Shown here in pieces: positions 1 through 11,974 of a stretch of 64,000 nucleotides of DNA. The notes under the pieces are model-generated. The model searched no databases. It was not told the DNA's origin and saw only the letters and a program-made list of their open reading frames with translations. Positions within the stretch are counted from its first letter, which is position 1, and the number at the start of each line of letters is the position of its first letter. Made by a program: the position numbers and the translations under genes. Source of the DNA: Camelus dromedarius (taxonomy: Eukaryota); NCBI RefSeq assembly GCF_036321535.1, contig NC_087436.1:20648001-20712000 (forward strand), written 5' to 3'.

Positions 1-479
1 ACTTTATGCTCCTGGTTCCTCTGACTGTACTTCCTCTAGCACAGAGGACAGTTTGGCACAGGACAAGGTTCAGCCACCATCACTGCTCTCCACCCACAGT
101 TCTGTGTGTTTAGTGCTACTTCTTCATTTGTTTACACTCAGAGACGTGCATACACATGACCACAGCACAGTGTTTCCACATACGCATAATAGATTTTGAC
201 TGTACTGTAAAACCATACCTAGAATTATGAATTTTATTGGTTTTGGTCAAAGGCCAATGTAAAAAATTTCAGAAGAAAGAGTCGGTACGATATACCTTTT
301 GGAGTAAGCTACGGGATCAAAACAGAACAAAGTTAAAGGGAAAGTGAAACCTTCCAGTGTGAATTATATATAAGGGATTATCACCAAAACAGTGTAACTG
401 AACTCTCTAAACTGCCTTTCGCTCTGGTTTTTAAAGAGGCCAATAGAAAAAGACACCTTATTTTTCTATTGGCAACTTA

Positions 480-640
480 AACTTAAATTTAAATTTAACT
501 ACAATTAAACATTCAGTTCTTCAGTCACACTAGCCACATTTCAAGTGCGTGATAGTCATATATGGCTAGTGGTACCATATTGGGCAGTGAAGATATAGTT
601 CATTTCCATCATCACAGAAATTTCCATTGAGGGGCTCTGC
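480..640. mobile_element. MER3/MER33-like hAT-Charlie fragment
   Basis: cagtcacactagccacatttcaagtg...atggctagtgg...catttccatcatcacagaaa matches recalled consensus. Confidence 0.7.
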
Positions 641-1369
641 TCTCAAAATTACAATAAATGTCTGACTCAGATAGTAAGTTTTGTTCTTTAGCACACAGCA
701 CTAAAAGTTGCTTCCGAGACATTTTTGACATAATTCTAGACATGTTTACAACTCAAAGTAATATGAGTAAGTAATATATCCTGGTTTTAAGATAAAGGCA
801 TAAAACTTTATATTCAATTCAACTCCACGCAGAATGCATTGTCTACTTTGTCAAGGATTATAGCTTCATTCAAATATATTTGCTCATAGTGATATTTTCC
901 TGTTTAAGTTTTTTTCTCTTGACAGAAATCTTCTATAGCTTTGTTATTAGGGCTACATACCATCTTGACACAGTTGACACAGTTTAAAGCTACCATGTAT
1001 TTTATTTATGGTGCACATTGCTTTGGCAATGCAATTTAAGTTTATTTAGAACAGATAGATGAATTGCAACATACTTAACAAATACTGTACTTGTTGGTGT
1101 GATCACGATGTGATTGCTGAAAACAGCAGCAGCTGTAGTAGCAACAGCTAGCAGCTCCAGCAGCGTGCAGATAACTGACTTCCACGTACAAATACTTCCC
1201 TGTGATCTTGCACCTTCTGCTCAACTAAGTGCAAGCCTGGAACTGACATATATACATAGGATGTGTTCGTTTCCTTCTTAGTGTCAGAAAGCCATGTTCC
1301 CATCCAGTCTTTTCCAGTATGACTATTCTGTCCTCAAAGTAAAAACAGCCAATAAATCATCCTTTAGAT

Positions 1370-1529
1370 CCTTGCTTTTCAAAATGAAGCCCAAGGACCA
1401 GCATGAGCATCACTTGGGAGTTTATTAGAGCTGTGGAATCACAGGCACCCCCAGACCTACTGAATCAGATTCTGAATTTTAGCAAAGTCCCCAGGTGACT
1501 GGAGACACACTGAAATTTGAGAAGCACTG
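1370..1529. mobile_element. MER5A-like DNA transposon
   Basis: ccagacctactgaatcaga...ccccaggtga...tttgagaagcactg. Confidence 0.75.
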
Positions 1530-1578
1530 ACACTGAAAATGAGACCTCAGTACGTCTGATGCCATTTCTGGGGCATGG

Positions 1579-1988
1579 TGTTATGGGTTGAATTGTGGCT
1601 CCCCTCAAAATCCCTGTGTTGGAGTCCTAACCCCCAGGACCTCAGAATGTGTTATTTGGAGACAAGGTCTTTATGAATCTGACCCAGTTAAAATGAGGTC
1701 ATTAGGGTAAGCCCTAACCCAATATGACTGGTGTCCTTATAAAAAGGGGAAACTTAGACACAGAAATATGGATTAAAAAGAACACTATGTGAAGACACAG
1801 GAAAAGGACAGCCACCTGCGAGCCAAGGAAGAGAAGCCTGGAACAGATCCTCCCCTCGTAGCCCTCAGAAGGAACCAACTCTGCCAACACCTTGATTTCA
1901 AACTTCCAGCCTCCAGAATTATGAGACAATACATTTCTGTTGTTTAAGCCACCCAGGCTGTAACAATTTGTAAGGGCAACCCAGTGCA
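1579..1988 (+). mobile_element. MLT1B-like MaLR solo LTR
   Basis: tgttatgggttgaattgtg start; gccctaacccaatatgactggtgtccttataa; cttccagcctccagaa...tttctgttgtttaagccaccca end. Confidence 0.85.
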
Positions 1989-2541
1989 TGCATGGTTATG
2001 CTTTCTTCTGTATCATGAATTTTCTTTTAGATGATGTCTGCCCAGAATGCAGTATCTATCAGCCAGGTATGGTGCCTACAGCAGTCCTTTTGGGCACACA
2101 ATTCATGGAAGAGACAAATATGTCTCTAAGAGTCGCAAAACTGGACATTGAGGACCCTGGAGGGAGTGGCAGACTCCCTGTAAGATGGTGCTTCTTCAGC
2201 ATGAAGAAAATGATGCCCATAGATCAGGTAGCAGTTTAGAAAATTAGAGCAAGAGCTGCAGGAGACATGAATGGATTCAAGGATGAATGACACTGGGATG
2301 GGAGGAACAGGAAAAGGCAATTCAGAGGACACCTCCAAGAAGGCAACAAAGAACCACAGAGAGTAAGAGGAGAGGAGGCTGGGAGACTGGAGAAAAATGA
2401 GTAAGAGTGTCTTTTCTAATTATTTAGCCACCTCAGAGTCATGAAATGAAGTCGTTAATGGCCTCCTATCTAAGATAAGCAATTGCCAATCTGCAGTCCA
2501 CATGGGTCCTCGGACTAGGAATACCTAGTAACAATACCTAT

Positions 2542-2690
2542 TAGAGCTGGAAGGAACCTAAGACTCTCATTTTACACATAAGGAAACTGGGTCCCAGTGC
2601 AGTGAGGGACTTACCCAATATCACCCGGCTAAACAGTTGGAGAGCCATGCCCAGGATCCACATCTCACAGCCCTGGCCCAGGGTTCCCGC
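2542..2690 (-). mobile_element. MIR fragment
   Basis: ctcattttaca..aggaaactg...gacttacccaatatcac MIR core. Confidence 0.7.
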
Positions 2691-3274
2691 CAGCACCCTG
2701 GGAGTGCATGACTTTTGGTAGCTGAAGATCATAGAACAGGGTGTCTATGATAATCTAAATTGTTATACATGAAGCACATGGATTTTGCTTCAAGTAGTTT
2801 TAATTATAAGGCTATAAATATGTCAGAGGGATCTGATGACATCTTATTAAATTACACGAGTGAGTTCAAGTAATTTCTGATGTGGGCACAGTCCCAAGAA
2901 GGATGAGTTTTATAGTCAGTGCTGCCCAGGCATCTCCCTCCCTCTCCTGGCCCCTTCCTCTCCCCTTAAAAATTCCATTTGTTTTAATCACAGAAAATAT
3001 CATACAGAAATCAAACATAAATCAGATTATGCAAATACAGAAGATAAATTGCATCCAAATTGCTTATCTCCCTTTTATCCTTTCATTTCTTTGAACGATG
3101 GTAGAATTTAACCTCCAGAGAGAATTTTCAGAACTCCAAATTTTAAAAACTGTGTTTCTTTCTGATGGGATACTAAGTGTGGCTGCTATTTGAAGTTGTA
3201 CTTCCATTGGCGCTAATACATTAATCCATAAAATTCTGAAAAAGAAAAAAAATGAGTGTAAAGATGCAAGGTCA

Positions 3275-3365
3275 GGGGGCGAGTGTAGCTCAGGGGTAGA
3301 GCACTTGCTTAGCATGCACCAGGTCCTGCCTAGGTTCGATCCCCAGCACCTCCATTAAAGAATTA
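3275..3365 (+). mobile_element. Vic-1-type camelid SINE (tRNA-Ala-derived)
   Basis: gggggcgagtgtagctcaggggtagagcacttgcttagcatgcac...ggttcgatccccagcacctcca; Pol III A and B boxes; imperfect TSD aaaga(t/a)gcaag. Confidence 0.85.
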
Positions 3366-4864
3366 AAGAAGCAAGTCCATAGAACTCTCTCTCCTATTTG
3401 CTGTCAGACTCCTGTACAGACTGGACGCTGATAGGTTTAACAGTGCAAATGTGAGCTGTGGACATTCCTGATGACAATGATGGGGGAATGGCCTTTTCCA
3501 CTGGAAGCTGCCTGTGTAATTTAAGGGCCATGTATCAGATTTGGAGGTAGCGTCCCTCTGACTGCGTCTTGCTGTGATCGCGTTGGGATTCTAAGCGACA
3601 GTTTCTTAAGGTCTTCTCCTGAAGGACAGCTCATCATGTCCCTTTGTAATTCCACCCTGTTCTCTCTCTTCTCATCTGTGTCTGTGTCACTCTTATGAAT
3701 ATCTGTATCAATCAGGATCTAAAAAAGGAAAACAGAAAGTTTCCTTCTAGTGTTTACAACAAAGGGAATTGACTGCAGGGAATTGATTACACTGATGATG
3801 GAAGAGCTGGGAAGTCAATCAAGGAATAGTGAAGGCATCCAGGGAGATTGTTAACATCGGGAAAAAAAACACTTCCATCTCTAGGCTGTTTATATACATG
3901 TTATTAGTTTCCATGTGGCAGGTATGTTAGAGCTGCTCTAGGTCTGCCAGGAAGTAGACGACATGGCCTTAAGAGATTTAGAATCTGGTTGGAGAGACTG
4001 GGCATGTACGGGAAACAGATTGTGATTAAGGGCTAAGCCACGAGGACAGATTCTCAGAACTGGAAGGGCAGTCCTTGAGGGAGAGAGCCTTCTGGTGCTC
4101 CCTGGGCCACTAAGGAATGAGTTGAGGGACGCTTTTCATGGTGTCACTCTGCCTAAATTAAAACTTCTAGAGAGTAACCTGAGTTGAAGGACTCTGCGAA
4201 TAAGCACCTGTAATACATCCTTTTCTCCTAGAAACACTCATCTCTTATGGAGAAACAGCTTTTCCTCTCCATGAGTCAAAGTGATATGATTGTTCGGGAA
4301 GAAAGGAGATCTAGATGAAAGCATGTCACTCTTCTATATAATGTTGGCAGATTTAAAATTCATGTCCATAATGGCATAGCTGACCTTCCACAAATACCCT
4401 TGGCAGGGTTAACTGGAGACAAAATGGCAAGGTCCACCCAGTTTTAGGGAATCTGCAATCACTTTTTTCATGTCTCTCCCTGTCATGTGCTTCTTCCATT
4501 CACTCTGGGCCCCCAGGACTCTCAACTGCTCTTTTACATTCTTCACTTATTAATTCGTACTTGCTTGAAAGGATCACATTTAAGTCATTTGCAACTTAGA
4601 ATAAATTTAAATCAACATAGCATCTTATGGCTGCAAAATATGTACACGATGCAACAGACCCTCAACATTGGCATATATTTTGGGGAGTAAATTTTTAAAA
4701 TTAGAATGTGAAAAATGACAAAAGGCAAGAATATTTTGAACAGTAGTTTGGGTATAGAATATTAGTGTTTGTAGAGTCAGCATGGGTATTTAAGGAAAAC
4801 TAAACATTTCTAAAATAGAAAAGAATTTTAAAATAGCACATGGACATCAGGTCATACGATAAAG

Positions 4865-4870
4865 TTTAAT
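4865..4870 (-). promoter_or_regulatory. Candidate distal polyadenylation signal ATTAAA
   Basis: Minus strand reads ATTAAActttatcgtatgacctgatgtcca, then tgtgctattttaaaattcttttctatttt (U-rich downstream element). Confidence 0.45.
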
Positions 4871-5911
4871 GCATTTGATCATGTTAAAGGACACAAAACA
4901 CAGCCAGTCTAACCAAATTTCAGGCATGCATTTACATAAATATATTAAATTAAGAGAAGAAATTATACACTTAAACATCCTTTTCACCTAAAAATCATTA
5001 AATCCACAGATCAACAATAAAAACCAATTCTCTGCATTTATCACTTCAAGATACAATTGTTCTATTTTAAAGATAACACAAATACAGTTGTTAGAATTTA
5101 TATGCATTATACATATATTATATATTACATAGATAGTGTGTATACATATGTAGTGTTTGTACAGATAGATAAATATATATACATGGGTGTGTGCACACAT
5201 ACAGATACACACAGATGTACTTTAGGCCATCTGTACCATTATTGCTGGATTTTGACGTTGACCTGATCTGAAGCTGGCTGGGTGTGATTATTGTCTTTTG
5301 CTTCAAATGTGTTCATCATACCCGCTGGGCTCACAATCCCCACTGTAAACATCCTTGCCTTTTCTACAGCGCATAATCATGCTGGGCATTTCATAAATAT
5401 TTGTTGAATTAATAAATGAATGGATGGCTGAAAAATAGAAGATCAATCAAAGAGAACTGAATAGTATAGTAACTTGGTTAAGGAAGTCGGGTTATTTCAA
5501 ATGTAGAGGGATTATCTGAGCCAATGACTTTGCGTGTTGCTTTTCAGAACATTTATAGAAATTTGAACTAGTATATATATATTAACTCTGCTCCCTCAAA
5601 CATGTACCTGCTTTTATTACTTGTTCCCATAGTCTTCTGCCTCATATTAACAGAAATCCAAACAAGATATCTTCTGTTGAGTAAGGTTATGGACAAATTG
5701 CCCTCATTATCAACAATCTAAAGGAAAATGAACAACTAGAAAAACCAAAACGTGTTAGAAGAATGATAAAGTTAACCATTCTTTAAAACTGGACCAAGTT
5801 AATCACAGATAAAGCCAGGAAAGACACGGGGTGTCTTTACAAGTTTCTCTTATGCTAATTCATTGTAATGATTTTATAATTTTTTTTCATTCTAGTTAGG
5901 TGGGTTTCTTT

Positions 5912-6064
5912 CTTTCAATTTAATTTTTGCTTTATTTTTATTTTGGGGAGGGGAGGTAATCTGGTTTATTTATTTATTATTTTTAGTGGAGGTATCCAAG
6001 ATTGAACCCAGGACCTCGTGCATGGCAAGCATGCACTCTGCCACTGAGCTATACCCTCCCCCAA
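5912..6064 (-). mobile_element. Vic-1-type SINE
   Basis: tRNA head, (AAAT)n tail, ~20-bp TSD cta(g/a)ttaggtg(g/a)gtttcttt. Confidence 0.9.
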
Positions 6065-8351
6065 CTAATTAGGTGAGTTTCTTTTAAATAAATAGTCTTT
6101 AGCATGTCCTAGCGAAGCAAGCTCCAAAAATCCCATAATGCTTCCATTTCATTTATATTGTCACTATGTGGTTCTTGGTGAAATGCACGTCCAAAAATGT
6201 CCTATAAATATAATGAATACAGGAAGTATCTGATATCTTATAAAGTTATCAACTCAATTTTTCAATAATAATATTATGAGCAGAATGTATTAATGTGTTA
6301 ATAGTATTAAGTTCTACTATACATGAACTCTTAATTTAGTCTATAAAATTTATGTCTCTGATTTTAAGAACATGAGGTAAGGATATAGCCAACATACATT
6401 TTGGGTATAACTGATACCAAATCTGATCACACGTTGTTCATGTGAATGGAAACTACTGGCTGGTTATTTTTTAGTGCAAAGGGAACGTATAAGAAATAGT
6501 TTCTAACTCTGAAGACAAAGCTTATTTTATATTTAGCCGTGATGAATTTCCCATCACTGCTAATGTTCTGTTCTTTCTACCCTATAGGCTAAAAATGTTT
6601 AACTTAAAAGATTATAGTCAGCTGAGATAACTCACCAAATTTTTTTTGTTAATTAGTTTGTATATGGATACACATATTTTGATTTTAAGCCAGACACAAT
6701 CTACACATGCAAGAAAACATCCTGACTGAAATGTGGTGTTGACTGTTTGATGCCCATGATGTACCTGGGATGTAACCTTAAAATTCATGTTGAGTTGGTA
6801 CCTTTTTCTCTTTCTTTTCTTTTCTTCCTTTCTTTTATATGTCCCTGGCTTAAAAAGCAGGGACATGTTTTAGGCCTAAGGCTTTATGTTAATACAAGGG
6901 ATTGTTATTTATTTATTTTTTCAACCAACTTAGAGATGACCTATACAAAAGAAAGCCAAGCAAACGATGGGTGTATCTTGGGCTCATATTTAATGAAGAA
7001 TTTAAGAAAAGAGCTAATCTGATAAATGAATAAATCTCTTTATAGCCACTACTATGATTGAGAAGAAAATGACCCAACACTCCCTCACGCTCTCATGAGT
7101 CCATCACATTCTCCTAAACAGTTATTTTAAGACCATTTCCAAAACTTATGTGTAGATGTTTAAGAGAAAGAAGTGTCAAAGGTGGCTAGGATTAGTGTTT
7201 GGCAGTTCTTATGGTCATGTTTTAAATATTTTTAATATCAAAATGCTTTTATTCTTAGGTTTCCCGCCTTCTTTGTCATCATATTAATTACGGGCGGTAT
7301 GACTGATTTGCGTCGGTATGATGAAGAGCAAGAAAGTAAGACGGCAAACATGTATTTCTTTAGGATATGCTGAAGAGGAGTTTGCTAACGATACTGCCAA
7401 CATTCACAGTAACAGGCCCACCGACGTCCTGGGAGTAATAAAGAACTAGGTATATGTTCTGGGCATGGAACTTTAGTCTGAGTTCTCTGCAAGTTCGAGA
7501 CTCATCCCAGGGGTGGGGAGAGAAGATGCTGAAGTCTCCATTGGGGAACTACTTATTTTTCCTTCATGGATTTAGAATAATCTTCCTTAAAATAGACTCC
7601 ATAGAGATGGTTGTTGTTTGGACAGGAATAGCTGCTAACGTTTCCTACTGTTAGTTCGTGCTCTTGACTAGCGATCCTCTTTCCTGCATCCAAGATGGAA
7701 CCCCAGCTGGGCTGGAACTCCCAGGCTGGTAGTCATTTATGCTTTTTGTTACTTCTTTCAATGATTATGATAGGTCAGTCTAGTATGTTCCTCTTTGTCT
7801 ACTGTTCTTTATGATATACAGTCTGAGCCAATGTGATAAAAGAGAGGGTATTTTTCAGGAAAATAAAGAAAAAATCATAACCAGCAAAATCAATAGCAAC
7901 CTACTGGAGGACATGTTCATTATGAGTATACTGAGGACAGGTCTATTTAGTCAAAACCAGTAGAAACAAAGGAGAAGAGAGAGGTTAAAAGGAAGAGGGA
8001 TATATGGGGGTGGGGAAAGAGGAGAGGGAGGGACAAAGAGAGGAAGATAGATGTCATGGATAACGTTCCACAGAGACATTCAGAAACTTTGATTTATCTA
8101 TCAGCCAACTGCAAATGCGTATGATAGACCTTGTTTTATTTCTTAAAAATTTAGGCTTGGTTTCTCTTCTATATTTCAAAGCTTAAAATATTAGACTAAT
8201 AAAAGTTCAAATGAACGTGTGCTTTGAAAGACGCTAGAGGTAGCATCTAACCGTAGGTTCTATACTTAGTATAGTTTGGTTTATGATTTAGATAAAAACA
8301 ATATTTTTAAAAGGTTAAAAATTGTTAGCACATTATTATGTAATTATATTC

Positions 8352-8352
8352 A

Positions 8353-8423
<71 letters not shown>
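8352..8423 (+). repeat. Perfect (AAAG)18 microsatellite
   Basis: Read directly. Confidence 0.95.
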
Positions 8424-8425
<2 letters not shown>

Positions 8426-10562
8426 GTGCTTGCCTGAAGTCTATAAATGGAAGAGAGACTGGTTTTCTCTTTAGGTTGTATGTATATGTTGTATGTGTAG
8501 GATTCTTGGCTCTTTCTTTATCAGATGGTCCACTAATCTGAGAAAACTTTGGAGTAGTCTTTGTGATAAAATAAAAGAGCATTTTACAAGAGCCACATTG
8601 AAACAAAATTCCAAGACGAAAAAGTATGGATGGAAGCACTGTTTATCATCACTCAAGTTTCTTAAAACTTCCCTTTCTTTCTGCTTTAATGATGTGCCAA
8701 TTCAGCTGTCTCCTCATTACCTTAAATAACTGGCAAGAAAACGAAGTTCTATTGACCAGAACAAGAATTTGGCAGAATCAGTGGCAGAAAGGTTTTCCCC
8801 CTGGCTTTTTATGACTACCATCACAGCATTTCACATTAAATTGACCCCCAAAGATAAAGCTCTAGGATGAACAAAGGGATGCTGATCTACATTTTCCTTT
8901 GCCTTGGTTTGATCTTTATCTCACACACCAGCATCCCTAGAAGGACATTTCTCTTCCAGTTTGATTGTATACTTTTCACAGCAACTAGAAGTTGCCATTG
9001 GTGTGATGAAACTGTACTTTTTCCTTAGCTCATACTTCTTAACTGATTCCTGCTTGCCTCTCCTCATGAATTATTTAAGATAATTCTTCAGTCCCATGTT
9101 TTAAAAAATCTACTTGAAAGAAAAGTCAAAGGAGTTTTGGAAATGATCACTGAGTTAAAAATATCAAGCAAATTAACTAGCCACCTCTATTTACTTCTCT
9201 GCTAAGAACAGAAGGAAATGACTCCAGTGCCTTTCTTTGCTGGGGTTTAATATCCACAGAACTTGCCATCCCCTTTTTAGAAGATTTTGATCTTTTAGTC
9301 TAATGACTCACGACAGAAAAGGCAATGATAACTGGGGTACCTCTGCTTTTCTAAGTCATCTGAAACTCTTTCACTTGGGAAAGGGCCGTATAAAGCAATC
9401 TGGGTCTGATTGATTGAATATAGATATTTTTCAGCAGGAGAACTACTGGCAACAGAACACCTTTTCTTTTGGAAAGCTTCTTTAGGGAGCTATGGAAAAA
9501 TTAAAGATGTAAGAAGAAATGCTGGCTTTTTCAGATTTTGCTGACTCTCTAGCAGGGTCCTTATTGTTTTCGGTGAAACTATGAAACAGGGAGTAATAAA
9601 ACTGCACAATCTGACAGATTTAGACAGCTGGCTCCCTCACAAGAAGTTCACATTTTGTTAATGTCGCCCACGTTGAATAAGAGACGATTCGATGGTTAAG
9701 GTCCATTTACAAAAATGGTTGTCAGGACATTTTTTTTTTTTTAATTGTAAAACTTTCTGTGATGGAATTCAGTCAAAGGGCTATGAAGAGAAAGCAAAGG
9801 GGACAAAAGACGGCTATTAACCTACAGATGCAGGCTACCACAGGGTTCACTGCAAGATCTGTCACGCTGTTGGGCCAATGAAGTGTGAGTGTGACTAGAA
9901 AGGACCACCCCTTTTCTGGGGTAAGAGGGCAATTTGGTCTCCATGCTCATTTAATCCTGAGACGTCTTTGAATAGACTGTCCATTGAATCTAAATTGTGC
10001 AAAATTATGCATGCACTTTTTAATGCGGGCTATTGTTCCCTCAGCACTGCACCAAGATTTGTCCACCCATTTCTATTTGGCATGAGGTCACTTGAAACTT
10101 AGTAATCATATATGGAAGACAAGCTCAGTGGACTTAACCAACCTTTCTATATCGTGGTTTCTCACTGTGCTTTAATTGCAAATCTCTCACTTTGAAACAT
10201 GAGAAAAATACTAGTTACAAGATTTGCTTTGATTTTTTTTTTTTTTTTAATTGAGGCTCCTATTCCTAAAGGTAAGGAGCAGGTTTGGGAAGTGGGGCTG
10301 TGCTGCAATGATCTGTCCTACTCTACAATTTAGATTCTGGAGGAACAGATGTTTAGAGAAGGACCACCTAGAGTGAGTGTGCACGTGTCACGAGGAGATC
10401 CTTTTCCAGTAGTGCAAAGAGGCCTGATATTTTTGTTATAATCCAAACGTGGCAGGCTGGCCTCAAAAAACCAGGAAGAAAAGTATCTACCAGACTTTTT
10501 TTGCAGTTTTAAGTTAGAACATGGCATTTCTTTAAAAACCTGAACAGAACATTGACAGAACA

Positions 10563-10568
10563 TTTATT
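10563..10568 (-). promoter_or_regulatory. Candidate proximal polyadenylation signal AATAAA
   Basis: tttatt on +, about 1.2 kb after the stop; GU/U-rich sequence follows on the minus strand. Confidence 0.45.
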
Positions 10569-11780
10569 CATACATGAACCAAAGAGGATTTTCCTTGCGT
10601 TCTGAAGGAACATATACATTAAAAGTCATATTTGGCAAGAATGATCATATTCAAAATGTGCACAAGTGACAGCTTACAGAGCCAAGATCCATTAAAAATG
10701 AGTGAACTCTTCTCCAGTGAGGTTTGATTCAGTGTGAAATCTGCAACATTCTAATCACATATACCCTTGACAGTCTTGCTATGGTGAAAAGCACTTTACA
10801 AATGTTTAATGCTGGAATTTTATAAGGATTGGCTGTTTTCTTGCTTTTTCATCCGTCGTTAATGATTACATGTTGGCACAGGGACACATTGCTAGATTAG
10901 AGCCACAGCACATTAAAGGCTGTTTGCTTTCTCACGCCCCTTCTTTCCAATTAAGTTGGTGACAAATGTAACCTTAGTATTTTACGGGACAGGGCATAGG
11001 TGTTTCATCTAGGTGACGTCTATATTATAAAAATTAAATACAAAATATAAATATGTAACACAAACCCAGTGCCTCTTGTTAAATACACTATACAATAAAA
11101 GCAGACCTTTTAGGAAGGTTGATTTTAGAATATGCTGTTCTGATTTAATTATAAAACACTTGAAAACAATCTTGAAATTAAGCTGGGGGAACCAGATTTC
11201 TCCACCAATAGAAAGGTAAGTGTGTAACATTCTGCAATTGGATACAATAACAAAAATGAAGATTACAATTTTATATCGTTGCCCACTCAGAAATTCCTCA
11301 GGGAGTTCTGAAACATTCTCTTATATCATAGTCCTTTAATATAAAAATATGGCCTTTTTTAAATTAAATCCATCAGATTGCACAGTAATGTTTTAAAACT
11401 CCGTCGAAGTTGACTTTAGTGATTACAGACAGAAAATTCCTGGGAAGTCATGTAATCTCTTCTAGTGACATAAAAATTCCGTTATCAATTTACAATGGAA
11501 TTTCCAGATAAATTACTCCACACAAGGCAATATATATTTTTAAAACCCATCTGTTATGCAACCACACGCCTAGGGGTTGTGAGTGTGTGTGTGTACGTGC
11601 ATATGTGAACAAACGTGCCAATATACACACACGGGATCTGCACATTTCTGGAAATGACTTTTAAATTAATCAAAGAAAATGAAATCACAGGAGTGTGTAG
11701 CAGGATAACAGTCGTTCTTTTTAATGACAGGATAAAAAATAAATGCCCATTGGAAAGGAATATTCAAACAGTCCCAGAAA

Positions 11781-11974
11781 CTATACAATGTAACTTGTTA
11801 GATCCAGCAAATAAGATGTCATGTCAATGATCTGATCAAGAATACCTGCCCTGGTCACTCTGCGGAGGTTTCTGTCCACTTGTTCACACTGAGGGCCAAG
11901 ATATCCTTTTTTACAGAGGCACTTGTTGGGTCTAACACAGACACCGCCATGGCGACACGCTGGCTCACATTTCG
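11781..11974 (-). CDS. HHIP: HHIP terminal exon 13, coding part (194 bp): EGF-like repeat 2 plus C-terminal helix KCEPACRHGGVCVRPNKCLCKKGYLGPQCEQVDRNLRRVTRAGILDQIIDMTSYLLDLTSYIV*
   Basis: Translation; acceptor ctctttttccccag|CG; TAG stop at 11781-11783. Confidence 0.97.

Larger units (their letters stand above)
4845..11780 (-). other. HHIP: Probable long HHIP 3' UTR (~7 kb; distal end inferred)
   Basis: Follows the stop codon; AU-rich and poor in old repeats; ends at ATTAAA (4865-4870) followed by a U-rich tract. Confidence 0.5.

Noticed and set aside
1123..1163. CAG-rich stretch as a polyQ/polyA coding exon
   Set aside because: Short, impure low-complexity sequence with no ORF or splice support.
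1714..1989. 91-aa ORF resembling database 'hypothetical proteins'
   Set aside because: It is the antisense translation of an MLT1 LTR.
3275..3355. tRNA-Ala-like sequence (also at 5990, 24360, 25620, 29280, 33260, 51350)
   Set aside because: Degenerate stems, A-rich tails and TSDs identify these as SINE heads, not tRNA genes.
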